Positions 10,415 through 20,814 of a stretch of DNA of 59,818 nt are shown in pieces. The DNA is from Balanoglossus misakiensis (Eukaryota > Animalia > Hemichordata). The translations under genes were made by a program, and so were the position numbers. The stretch is taken from NCBI GenBank assembly GCA_040954595.2, contig JBECUI020000052.1, positions 1-59,818 of the forward strand. Direction: 5' to 3'. How positions within the stretch are numbered: position 1 is the stretch's first letter; each line of letters opens with the position of its first letter. The notes under the pieces were generated by a model. The model had not been told where the DNA came from, ran no database searches, and saw nothing but the letters and a program-made list of their open reading frames with translations.

Positions 10415-11194
10415 TTAACGCATCAGATATCCACCGTCGACGGTCAGAATTGTACCGTTGACATAATCAGAAGCTGTACTGGACAGGAATATGGTAGCGC
10501 CCATGAGATCGGCTGCAAAACCCCATCTCTTGGCGGGAATGTGAGCGAGGATTTCGGCATTTCGCTTCTCATCCTTTCTGGTCATTTCCGTCAGAGGAGT
10601 TGCGTAGTAACCGGGGGCGATGGTGTTGACTTGAATGTTCCACTGGGCCAGTTCGTCACACATGGCTTTGGTAAGGCCGACGATTCCGTGTTTGGTCGCC
10701 GCGTAGGCCGGAGACCACTGCCCCCCGAGAAAGGAATAGAGGGAACCGATATTAATGATTTTACCGCTTTCCTGTTTAATCATGTACTTGCTCGCTTCGT
10801 GGATCATCTCAAAAGCCGCCGTTAGATTGATGGCGATCATCTTCTCCCATTCTTTTCTGGTATATTGGGTAACATCCTGCACATTGATGCTGATGCCGGC
10901 GCAGTTTAGCAGAATATCGACGCTTCCCCAGCTGTTGACGCACTCGTCGACAATGCTTTTGCACTCACCGTCTTTTGTGATATCCGCTTCGAGGAATTTG
11001 TATTCCACTCCACAGTCTTCAATCAGTTTTTTTGTGGAACCCTCATCGTCTGCAAGACTAGGGACGAGAACATTTGCTCCCGCCTTGGCAAGAGCTGTGG
11101 AAAAAGCCTGTCCCAAACCTCCATTGCCGCCGGTGACTATTGCGTTTTTTCCCTTCAGGGAAAAGAAATTCATATTAAATTCCGAAACTTTCAT
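10415..11194 (-). CDS. ygcW: SDR oxidoreductase (YgcW / KduD-like)
   Basis: TGGNGGLG, YAATK and SFLGGQWSPAY closely match E. coli YgcW; adjacent to ygcE. Confidence 0.85.
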   Translation of the reverse strand: MKVSEFNMNFFSLKGKNAIVTGGNGGLGQAFSTALAKAGANVLVPSLADDEGSTKKLIEDCGVEYKFLEADITKDGECKSIVDECVNSWGSVDILLNCAGISINVQDVTQYTRKEWEKMIAINLTAAFEMIHEASKYMIKQESGKIINIGSLYSFLGGQWSPAYAATKHGIVGLTKAMCDELAQWNIQVNTIAPGYYATPLTEMTRKDEKRNAEILAHIPAKRWGFAADLMGATIFLSSTASDYVNGTILTVDGGYLMR

Positions 11195-11350
11195 CGTTTA
11201 TTCTCCTTGTCTATTCTCTCAAGTAATTTATGGGCAAACGAAATTGCATCACCCTCCACAAAAATATCGGAGAGACTGCAGATGGGAGCGTTCCTGTTTG
11301 TATTGACCGATATGATGTAATCCACATCTTTCAATCCCACCACATGCGGA
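11175..11350 (-). pseudogene. 3' remnant of electron transfer flavoprotein alpha subunit, truncated by IS481
   Basis: Manual translation PHVVGLKDVDYIISVNTNRNAPICSLSDIFVEGDA is the EtfA/FixB FAD-binding C-terminus. Confidence 0.75.
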
Positions 11351-12472
11351 ATGGCAGCATTTATACTTCAGAGCACAGATTATTCCAGAGAAGGAGGATT
11401 TTGTGCCCTGGAAGGAGATGTCCAAAATGGATCAGAAACAAGGTTTATCATCCTCTACAAGTCCCATGCCTACTCGATATCCCACTTGGCCGAGATGTTC
11501 GAGATAAGCAGGCCAACGGCTTATAAGTACATAAAAATTATGAGGATTATGGGATGAAAGGGCTTTTAGAGCTACCTAGACGCCCTCATGTCATAGAATA
11601 ATATCCTCAAAAGGAATGGCCTGATAGCGAAGAGGAAAAGAAGGAAAAAAGTAGAACCAAATTACCCGATTTTTGACCCGCAATCGCCAAATGAGATATG
11701 GAGCGCTGATTTCAAGGGGAAATTCCGCATTGGAAATAAGGTCTATATCAATCCTTTGACCATTGCCGATTCTTATTCTCGATATGTCTTTGCTGTCACG
11801 GGACTTCACAAGGGAACTTTCTATAACACAAGGAAGGTATTTAAATACGTTTTCAAGGAGTATGGTCTCCCTAATCAGATACATACAGACAAGGCTGTTC
11901 CCTTTGGATCTTTCAGATCGCTGGGACGTTTATCCAAGCTATCGATATGGTTTATGGAATTGGGGATTCAGCCAGTGTTTTCAGATCCAGCTCATCCCGA
12001 ACAGAATGGGCGCCATAAACGCATGCATCGGGATCTGAAAGGGGAGGGCCACCAGGCCTCCGGGAAACAGCATACAGCTGCAGCAACGGAAGTTTAATAA
12101 GTTCAGGAGAGAGTACAATGAAGCTCTCGGGATGAAAACTCCAGCTTCTGTGCATAAGAAATCAAAGAATAAATATCCCGAGATCATTCCGGAGTGGAAT
12201 TATCCGAAAGAAATGAAAGAACAATATGTTACAAGGACCGGGGGAATTCGGGTTGGAAAGAATCACATGTTGTATTTATCCACACCTCTTGGAGGCACAA
12301 AGGTCGGGCTTGAAGAAGTCGGAAATACAATCTTCCGAGTCTATTTCCGACAGTTCTTCCTGGGTTATGCAGATTTCAATGAACTGAAAATGTATGATAT
12401 CATGAACTATAAAAACGAACTAAAAGTGTAAACTATGTCCTTGTATAAATGTAACCATGTTTTGTGCTATAC
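11351..12472 (+). mobile_element. IS481-family element with fragmented transposase (~11403-12431)
   Basis: GTG-PWKEMSKMDQK start, WSADFKG, FKEYGLP..IHTD, HPEQNGRH.RMHR; end repeats tgtaaactatgtcc / tgtaaccatgt; multiple frameshifts. Confidence 0.85.
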
Positions 12473-12490
12473 GAGCTCAATACAATATGG

Positions 12491-12718
12491 CTAAGCAGCG
12501 TAATTGATCATCTCGAATAATGCACCATGTTTAACCGCATCATCTAATATTTTCATTAATAACTCTGTCACATCTTCTGATAAAAGATATTCCCCGCAAT
12601 TGTCACAGACTTTCGCAGGAACAGATTTAATAACAACTACAGTTGCGTCTCTTTCAAGAGTGACAGTTGTTTTCCCATCTTCAAAAATGCCTTCTTTACA
12701 GATTACACATGAAATCAT
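12491..12718 (-). CDS. YgiT-type zinc finger / MqsA-like antitoxin
   Basis: CVIC...VPAKVCDNCGE. Confidence 0.85.
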   Translation of the reverse strand: MISCVICKEGIFEDGKTTVTLERDATVVVIKSVPAKVCDNCGEYLLSEDVTELLMKILDDAVKHGALFEMINYAA

Positions 12719-12987
12719 GATTTCCTCCGTTTAAAATCTGCTTCCCAGGATTCTAAATCCGGTTCATATGCAGTTATAATAATATTCATATCCTGATGCT
12801 CAGATAAAACTATATGAATTGGTCGCAAATCCACATAACCTAAGATAAGTTTACTTGGATACGGTTTATCTTCAGGATAATCCTTTATTATTTCACCATT
12901 CTGAATAATCTTTTTTACAAGAGAGACTGAAATTTGCCTTTCGGCCATCCGAGTTACTGCATGTTTCGTAAAGATAATATCCTTCAT
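12715..12987 (-). CDS. DUF4258 family putative toxin
   Basis: FTKHAVTRMAERQI...YPEDKPYPSKLILG...RPIHIV...ITAYEPD; 4-bp overlap with the zinc-finger gene. Confidence 0.85.
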   Translation of the reverse strand: MKDIIFTKHAVTRMAERQISVSLVKKIIQNGEIIKDYPEDKPYPSKLILGYVDLRPIHIVLSEHQDMNIIITAYEPDLESWEADFKRRKS

Positions 12988-13132
12988 CAGAACCTCGCAG
13001 TAATACTATGGCAAAAACAAAGATTTGTTAACTCGTAGTGACATGAAATTAGCGCCAATCCCAAATTCAGAGATTTCTCAGATTAAATAACCGACCGACA
13101 ATATCAATAAGTTTATTCTGAAATATCTGCTA

Positions 13133-13677
13133 CATCTTCTTGAATTTTCCCTCTTTTACCTTATCAACAGACGGTCAATCATTCCCAAGATCGCTCTCAT
13201 CTGGCAGGAAAACCAGGATACAAACGATACTTCAAAGAAAAGAATGTCAAACTCCTCTTCTCCGTTCAAGAGAAATGGTTTATTCGCTCAATGTTTTTAA
13301 TCAGCTTCCATCTGTACAGAATCGTCTCTGGTGTTAGCATCGTGAAATACTTTCTAACTCTGGGGAAGCGTGCTGTTAAAGAGTATTGGACATTCCGTCA
13401 CTCCCAAACCAGAAAGAAAGGCAGACCGCCAGTCAGCAAAGCAATGAAGCTTATGATCAAGAAAATTAAAATAGAGAATTAACCTTGGGCTCTAAACGCA
13501 TTCAGGATGAGTTAAAGAAGATTTCTATCGATATTTCCAGAGAAATTATTAGAGAAGTGATTCGGGATTTCAGGAAATCCGGAGAAATCAAACCGAACTA
13601 TTCATGGAGTAGGTTCTTGAAATCTCATTGGCAGTCCTTATGTGCATGCGACTTCTTTACAGTTGATATGTTCGGAT
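13133..13677 (+). repeat. 545-bp direct repeat, copy 1 (copy 2 at 16198-16742)
   Basis: Apparently identical sequence; ORF translations at 13140/16205 and 13291/16356 are identical. Confidence 0.93.
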
Positions 13678-13724
13678 TCAAGAGGTTTATTCTTCATTAT
13701 TGAATTGAAATCCCGAAGAATTGT

Positions 13725-13976
13725 TCATTTTGAATAATGATCCGTATAATTATCCAGAACTTTACGTATCATCTGCTGATAAGGAATGTGATTTTCTTCC
13801 GACACACTCTTAAAAAAATCTATACTCTTCTTCGACAAAGATATGGTAATTTTTCTTGTTTCTTCCTTAGCAATTAGCAACTCCGGTGGGGGTAAAAAAT
13901 CATCAATCTCTTTTGCTTCGAGTAGAGCATCATGAACCTCATCAGGAGCATCACTGTATTTAACTTTGTTTTTCAT
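13725..13976 (-). CDS. CopG/RHH-type (BrnA-like) antitoxin
   Basis: MKNKVKYSD...DFLPPPELL...KITISLSKKSIDFFK...PYQQMIRKVLD; likely start at ATG 13976. Confidence 0.8.
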   Translation of the reverse strand: MKNKVKYSDAPDEVHDALLEAKEIDDFLPPPELLIAKEETRKITISLSKKSIDFFKSVSEENHIPYQQMIRKVLDNYTDHYSK

Positions 13977-14230
13977 AGAGTTTCCTCCCTTCTCTCCAGT
14001 ACCCGGCTCCAAAAATCCGAATGTTATTCTTACCTCATGATAAAACGAACGGTCACAATACCTGTTTCAATCATGCCAATACAGAAAAATCTATCTTCAA
14101 CAATACTGTGCTTTTTGTCTTGTAGAATTATACGGTTCCTGTCAAAGAAAGCATATTGTGCTACTTCAAATGAGATCTTATGTTTTATACAGTTATCAAT
14201 GTTTTTGTTCTCATCCCACTCAAAGGTCAT
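13960..14230 (-). pseudogene. brnT: BrnT-family toxin, frameshifted near 14030
   Basis: FEWDENKN...KHKISFE...HSIVEDRF; the C-terminus NNIRIFGAGYWREGRKLYE continues in another frame to a stop at 13960. Confidence 0.8.
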
Positions 14231-14519
14231 ACATATATTTTACCATACTTTTAGCAATACAACTATACTTCCATGTATTAAATCCCAATCTTTTTAACCC
14301 CTAGAAATAGTTAACTTTCAAACCATAATTAAGTTTGGCGGTAATTTATTGTCACTACGAGCCAAGATTTTATTGAGTTTGTCAGATCTGTCGCTGCTAA
14401 TCCCAATTCCGCACCCAGGCCACTTCAGGGTAATTGAAGCTCTTCAGGTTTCAGGCAGCTCCAGGCTGAGCATTCCATTTCAAAAAAAGTGCAATCTCAG
14501 GATTCTATAGAAAGACAAT

Positions 14520-15640
14520 AAGGAGCTATCGGGATGCCATTGCATCATCAGGGATTTTTGGCATAAATCATGATGAGGAAACACTTCATTCCAGGCTCTT
14601 CGCCTTGCTGCCAGTCAATGAACGCAGCAGTCCTGTTCGGGAGGGATTCGAACGATATCTGGATGAGATTCGAAATCTCCTGGAAGATAGAGATAATCCT
14701 GTCCCCCCCAAAAAAAACGGCATCATCAAGAAAAAATACGAGATCGACGGGACTTATGAGAGCTTCAAACTCTTTGCCAGAAAACATAAATTGACATCCA
14801 AACGGAGAGATCTGCTCCCTCGTCTGGAGACTCAGCCGGGACAGGAAACTCAAATAGATTATGCTAAGGCAGGGCTTCATACAAATCCCGATACGGGAAA
14901 ACCAAAAGTGGTAAACGCATTTATCGGAAAGCTCTCCTCCTCAAGACTTCCCTTTATCGAATTCACATATTCTCAAAATCAGGAGTCCTGGGTGGAGAGT
15001 CATATCAACATGGTAGCGTTTTTTGGCGGAGTGACTGAGTTTCTGACAATTGACAATCTCAAATCCGGTGTCATCAAGGCTGATATCTACGATCCAGACC
15101 TCAACCGGGCCTATGCTGATTTTGCAGAACACTAAGGAACTCAACGAGTACGCTAAAAAGTGCTGCCTGGACGAATATGGAATGAAAGAGCATGGCAGAA
15201 CGGGAATGAAGCCGCTGAACGTTTTTGAGAATGATGAAAAAAAACCTGAAACCTTTAAATCCTCTTCGCTTTGAAATCCCTCTATGGAAGCAGCCGAAAG
15301 TACATGCCGATCAGTTTTTCAGCTTCCAGAAAAAGCGCTATGCCCTGCCTGAAGAGTATCGGGACCATAAAGTTCATCCATGCAGATAAGGAAATTTGTT
15401 AAAGGTTTACCATCAGAATTATCTCTTTATACGACAATATCTAATCAAATCTCAGAAAGTTCAGTGGTATTCCGGAGATTTTCCCGAAAGCACAGAAGCA
15501 ATGATGCTTGGAAGGTACCCGCAATATCTCATTCGTACCGCTGCTGAGTATGCTAAGGGGACCAAAGCACTCATCGAATCGATAACCACACGCTTTTCTA
15601 AATGCCCGCCGCACACGGGGGATGCTGACATTTTTTGAGA
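14520..15640 (+). pseudogene. istA: IS21-family transposase IstA, fragmented
   Basis: RLETQPGQETQIDY, FFGGVTEFLTIDNLKSGV, HGRTGMKP; several stops and deletions. Confidence 0.85.
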
Positions 15641-15834
15641 GTAAAAGAAATCACCCCTTGCTTAATGATGTTTGTTTTCTGGCGACAGTGAAGATGATCA
15701 GCCACCCGGCGAAGCTTATCGAACTGTTTGAATACAGCCAGAATTACCCAGGAGTTTGAGAAGGCAGTACCCCCGTTCTCCTCTTGGTGATTCAATGGTG
15801 GAAAAGAAATCATAAATTAAACGATCAAATAGGA

Positions 15835-16190
15835 GTGAGTAGGAAAGAGCTTGAAACATTGAATGTGCATCTCAGAAGTCTTAAGATGCCCGGAATTCTG
15901 GAAAATCTTGATTTGAGAATACAAGAGGCTGAAGAAAACAGACTCGGTTATCTGGATTTCCTGATTCTTCTCATTCAGGATGAGGTTTCAAACCGGGAGT
16001 CAAATAACCTCAATAACCGGATTCGCAATGGAGGACTATCGCCAAGAATGACTATCGAGACGTATGACTTCCGCTTCAACACAGAAGCCTTTCCTCCTGA
16101 ATGGATCAGGGATCTGATGAGATGCCGCTTTGTGAAAAATCATAGAAATCTCGTTTTAGGGGGACCGCCTGGAATCGGGAAAACTCAAGG
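15835..16190 (+). pseudogene. istB: IS21-family ATPase IstB, truncated just after Walker A
   Basis: LRSLKMPGI...YLDFL..L..DE...NLVLGGPPGIGKT, then interrupted by the 545-bp repeat. Confidence 0.85.
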
Positions 16191-16197
16191 GCCATGC

Positions 16198-17076
16198 CAT
16201 CTTCTTGAATTTTCCCTCTTTTACCTTATCAACAGACGGTCAATCATTCCCAAGATCGCTCTCATCTGGCAGGAAAACCAGGATACAAACGATACTTCAA
16301 AGAAAAGAATGTCAAACTCCTCTTCTCCGTTCAAGAGAAATGGTTTATTCGCTCAATGTTTTTAATCAGCTTCCATCTGTACAGAATCGTCTCTGGTGTT
16401 AGCATCGTGAAATACTTTCTAACTCTGGGGAAGCGTGCTGTTAAAGAGTATTGGACATTCCGTCACTCCCAAACCAGAAAGAAAGGCAGACCGCCAGTCA
16501 GCAAAGCAATGAAGCTTATGATCAAGAAAATTAAAATAGAGAATTAACCTTGGGCTCTAAACGCATTCAGGATGAGTTAAAGAAGATTTCTATCGATATT
16601 TCCAGAGAAATTATTAGAGAAGTGATTCGGGATTTCAGGAAATCCGGAGAAATCAAACCGAACTATTCATGGAGTAGGTTCTTGAAATCTCATTGGCAGT
16701 CCTTATGTGCATGCGACTTCTTTACAGTTGATATGTTCGGATCTGATACATGATAACTCAAGGTGAACTAAACTATTTCCCGTATGATGAATATGCAATC
16801 CATGGAGTTGCGACGACTCCATACTCTCCAAATCTGAACGCTTATGCAGAGAGGTTTAGCAGATCAGTTCGCCAGGAATGCCTTGATTGGTTTCTTGTCT
16901 TCTCAGAGAATCAATTGAGGAATATTCTGAAATCCTATATGAAATATTACAATCCAATCCGTCCTCATCAGGGGATAAATTCAATTCCGGAAGCAAGACC
17001 ACCGGATTCAGAAGGCAGTATCCAGAAGAAGCCGATACTTTTCGGATTGCATCATCATTACTACAGAGCCAGCTGA
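16198..17076 (+). mobile_element. rve integrase-core transposase pseudogene (includes 545-bp repeat copy 2, 16198-16742)
   Basis: TPYSPNLNAYAERFSRSVRQECLD...YYNPIRPHQG...LFGLHHHYYR. Confidence 0.85.
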
Positions 17077-17282
17077 AAAATAAGGATAACCTCTAACCAT
17101 TATTACGGGAGAGGTGTATCTCAATAATGCTGAAATCCTCAAAATCACTAGAAATTGACCATTTTTATAGAGTAAAAGGTAAAATCTGAAGCTCTGAATA
17201 GAAAGAAACTCACTGAAGATTCAGAGTTTCAGCATAAATTTTCTTTTCGCATATTAAATTGGCTAGTACGTGCTTATAAACG

Positions 17283-17310
17283 AAAAAACACTTTCGCTAG
17301 AAAGTGTTTT
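17283..17310 (-). terminator. Rho-independent terminator after tRNA-Leu
   Basis: aaaacactttc-gcta-gaaagtgtttt hairpin ending in a T-run on the minus strand. Confidence 0.7.
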
Positions 17311-17339
17311 AATCTCTTACACCATAATGGTTTATTCTA

Positions 17340-17422
17340 TGCGGCAGAGAGGATTTGAACCTCCACGAGCTAATGCTCACTAGCCCCTCAAGCTAGCGTG
17401 TCTACCGTTCCACCACTGCCGC
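17340..17422 (-). tRNA. tRNA-Leu (anticodon GAG)
   Basis: GCGGCAG-TGGTGGAACGGTAGACAC-GCTAGC TT GAG GG GCTAG-long variable arm-GGAGG TTCAAAT CCTCT-CTGCCGC A; CCA not encoded. Confidence 0.96.
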
Positions 17423-17568
17423 TCGTGATAAATGCACTATAACGGTCCTATTGAAGCTTGTCAAGTTGCCAAATTTATTTTTTCTCCGTGTAATTTTCTT
17501 AAGTTTTAAGAAGATAGGGAGGTTCTGCCTCTGTGGATTTAATCTCTGTAGACCGATAATAGAGAAAA

Positions 17569-18975
17569 ATGATCCTGCGAAAATTTCACATTATTATTCT
17601 GCCTCTGATTCTCTCAGGCGGACTCCTGAATGGACAGGATCTCCCGAATCAAGGGGCTTTGGTGCAGGCAGTAGCGATGGAAGACAGAAGCCTGGTCCTC
17701 CGTTATCTTCAATGGCCAGTCTCTCCCGATGAGATGGATAGTACAGGTATGACTCCCCTGGGACAGGCCGTGCTAAACGGCCGGGAAGCCATGGTAAAAC
17801 TCCTTTTAGAAGCGGGTGCTAATCCCAACTTATCCTTTCTTAGCGAAGTTCCTCCTTTCTATCCATCGGTTCGCTGGACTCCCTTAATGCTGGCTTCGTT
17901 TTACGGCAGAGAGAATTTAGTAGCCCTTTTGCTGTTTTATCAGGCAGATCCCAACCTTATTGGTGAAGTTTCTGGAGACTACCCTGTTTCGGCTCTCTCC
18001 CTTTCTCTTGATGCTGGATTTTTTACTCAGGTGGATCGTTTATTAGATGGAGGTGCCGATGGGAACCTTCTAGCCAATCCTGAAAATTCAGTAGAGTCCA
18101 ATTTTTTTCTTCCTCGTCTTCTGGAGCCTTTGAGTGCCAGGTTATGGCGAGACAAGGCTGATTTAGCAGAGGCAGCCAATCCGGTTGACTGGATTGATGG
18201 TAGCTGGGAATTGCTTGAGGCCACCAGGAAAAACCAGTGGCGTCAGGTAAGACAGCTTCTGGATAAGGGTTATGCCGTAGATGAAAGCGATAGCTGGGAT
18301 GTTACCCCTCTTATGGTAGCGGCCTATCATGGATTGGACGAAATACTCACCCTACTGATTAACCGAGGTGCTGATTTGGCCCTGGGGGATAAGGAAGGTC
18401 GAAGTGCTTTGGCCTACGCCGCCGGTGGAGGGAACCTCTTTGGGGTGAACCGTCTACTAGAGGGGGGAGCTCCCGTTGATCCTCCTTCTTCTATGAACCT
18501 ACAAGCCTCCGCCCTCTACGCTGCCCTGATGGGCAGGCAGGGCAGCATTGTTGCCCGTCTCTTAGAGGCCGGGGCCGATCCTAACCGTTCCGGCGTTCAG
18601 GGGATTACCCCTCTGATGATTGCCGCCTGGAATGCTGATTATGCCTCGGTACAGCATCTTCTTTCTTCCCCGGCTGCCAATCCCGATATTCTGGACGATA
18701 AAGGTCAAAGTGCTGTTTCCTGGGGTATAGCAGCTTTCCATCGAGACAGGGAGGCTGGAGCCCGTTATGGACTTAACGATAGAGGAGCCAGGCTCTATCC
18801 CATAATCCGGTCTCTGGCCAGAGCGGGTAAGCCCGCAAACTATCTCCAACCCTGGATTGTCCCCTTGCAGAGGCTTTCAGAACAGGATAGAGAATCCCTG
18901 GCTCTGGGACAGCCTGGGGGAGATCTCACTCTCTATCGTATTCTCAGGGATGAAGAAACTCCAGATTTCCAATAG
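17569..18975 (+). CDS. Exported ankyrin-repeat protein
   Basis: Signal peptide; repeated TPLM.A / LL..GADPN motifs. Confidence 0.9.
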   Translation: MILRKFHIIILPLILSGGLLNGQDLPNQGALVQAVAMEDRSLVLRYLQWPVSPDEMDSTGMTPLGQAVLNGREAMVKLLLEAGANPNLSFLSEVPPFYPSVRWTPLMLASFYGRENLVALLLFYQADPNLIGEVSGDYPVSALSLSLDAGFFTQVDRLLDGGADGNLLANPENSVESNFFLPRLLEPLSARLWRDKADLAEAANPVDWIDGSWELLEATRKNQWRQVRQLLDKGYAVDESDSWDVTPLMVAAYHGLDEILTLLINRGADLALGDKEGRSALAYAAGGGNLFGVNRLLEGGAPVDPPSSMNLQASALYAALMGRQGSIVARLLEAGADPNRSGVQGITPLMIAAWNADYASVQHLLSSPAANPDILDDKGQSAVSWGIAAFHRDREAGARYGLNDRGARLYPIIRSLARAGKPANYLQPWIVPLQRLSEQDRESLALGQPGGDLTLYRILRDEETPDFQ

Positions 18976-19047
18976 ATCCACTCCTGCAATTCCGCTGAGA
19001 TAGCCCCCCCCAGAACAGGGTTGAAGCTGGAGCATAGAGATTTATAA

Positions 19048-20654
19048 CTATGGATTTCTTCTACGTAAGTTAATATCGTAGTTCTCTAGAAAGGCGGTAG
19101 CGTCAAGATACTCTAAGCTGCTAGGTAACTCGACGTCGGTTAGGAAATTAGTCCTAAATGCACCGGTATGTATTTCTTTGATGCCCTCTCCCAGTTTCAA
19201 TGCTACGATGTCTGATAGACCAAAAGCAGAATGGCCTATGACTAACACGCTTCCAGGAATATACACAGGAGCTAAACCGCTATAGAAGTTATTCTCGCTA
19301 AAGGCATGAGAGCCAATCTCTTGAATGCCATGTTTAAGAGTCACCTGATTTAAACCGACAGCTCTGAAGGCTTCATCTCTAATAGTTTTAACGCTACCAG
19401 GTATAGTGATTCCTCGAAGCTTAGTCTCCACAAATGCCGCCTCTCCAATCTCTTCAATACCATCTTCTAAGATGACCTTACTTAGGGAAGGATTTTTATA
19501 AAATGCCCATTTTGAAATGACTCTAACACTGCCAGGAACCCTTACTTTCTGTAGTCCAGATTCGGAGAAGGCAATATTACCAATCAATTCTACACCATAG
19601 GGTATGTCAATACTTTGAAGATTAGTTTTAAAAAGGCTCCTTCTTCAATAATTTCAATGCCGCTTTTCAAGAGGGCACTGGTCAAGGGAGTAGAAGCAAA
19701 GGCATATTGGCCGATTGTCTTTATACTGCCGGGAATTACCACTTCTTTAAGATTGGGCAAATCGGCGAAAGCTCTTACTTTAATTAAGCTCACAGGTCTT
19801 CCATTATGGGACGAAGGAAGAGATAAGACTGACTTCAGATAACCTGCGTTTGAAACTCCGGAAATTCCCACAGTGTCTCCAAGACCAAAGAAAACAAAAT
19901 TCTCAGAGCTATCTTCGGGATAGTCGCTTGGTATAAGTGAAGTCTCATGCAGATTCCCAAGGTATTCTACCCTGCTAGTCTCAGGGAAGGCACTAGGACC
20001 CACATGAGTTACACTGGCAGGTACGGTAATATTTTGCAGGGGAGTATCCCAGAACGCCAATTCCCCTATACTTTCAATGCCCTCTTCCAAAATCAGGCTT
20101 GTTAAAAAGTTACTGTAACCAAAGGCGTATAGCCCAATGGACTGCAGAGTCCCAGGGAGCCTGATAGAAGTCAGTTCAGAATACATAAAGGCTTCTTCCT
20201 GAATTACTGTCACGCCATGAGGTATGACAACACGGTTTATGGTGGAAGCTTTGAATGCGCTGTTCTCAATGACGGAGACAGTTCTTGGTAGTCTTACAGC
20301 CCTGATATTGGAGTCAACGTTTGCAAAAGCTGAATGTCCGATCCTTGTTACCGCTTTGTTAAGAATCACTGGAGGAATATTTAAATATTTCTCTCTTAGT
20401 CCACGCTCCGTAACCCCAGTAATAGTGATGGAAGCTTGGAGTTCTCTATAGAGAAAAAAACCAGGATCGCTGGGCTCGTAAAGATAGTCAGGGAAATTTA
20501 CTTCAGTTACCTCCAGGTAAGCATTCCCAAAACCACATCCGCCTATGAGAAAAGGGAAGAGTAGGGCAATCTTTTTTATTACCGTATATTGTAGATTCAT
20601 TTGCCTCATAGTATATCTCCCAAGTTCCATTATATCAAATGTTCTTCTTCTCAA
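19048..20654 (-). CDS. BspA/TpLRR-type leucine-rich-repeat surface lipoprotein, split by a 1-base frameshift at ~19630
   Basis: Repeats IPxSVxxIxxxAF in both ORFs; lipobox-like LIGGC; adding one base gives AFLKTNLQSIDIPYGVELIGNIAF. Confidence 0.85.
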
Positions 20655-20814
20655 GCAACCCTACGCTTCTCATATTCAAAATATAGGGACAGGCAAATCA
20701 GGAAAAACAAGCCAAGTGAAAATTTTGGTAAAATTCAGCTAGTATTACAGACTACTCTAGTAGGATTACAAATGTCTTTATCTGACCGAACAAACAAGGT
20801 ATAGTAATTAAAAT

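Larger units (their letters stand above)
13032..14361. mobile_element. IS derivative bounded by 27-bp inverted repeats, with an rve-type transposase 5' remnant and BrnT/antitoxin cargo
   Basis: IRs 13032-13058 and 14335-14361 match at 24/27; transposase motifs [25 protein letters not shown]. Confidence 0.7.
7937..17391. mobile_element. Decayed genomic island integrated at tRNA-Leu(GAG)
   Basis: Flanking 52-bp direct repeats derived from the tRNA; interior made of IS fragments, TA pairs and pseudogenes. Confidence 0.85.

Noticed and set aside
8098-14230. Integron cassette array of TA modules
   Set aside because: No attC-like sites or integron integrase were recognised; the modules are separated by IS remnants.
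15784-16365. Novel IstB fusion protein
   Set aside because: Read-through from truncated istB into the duplicated IS fragment.
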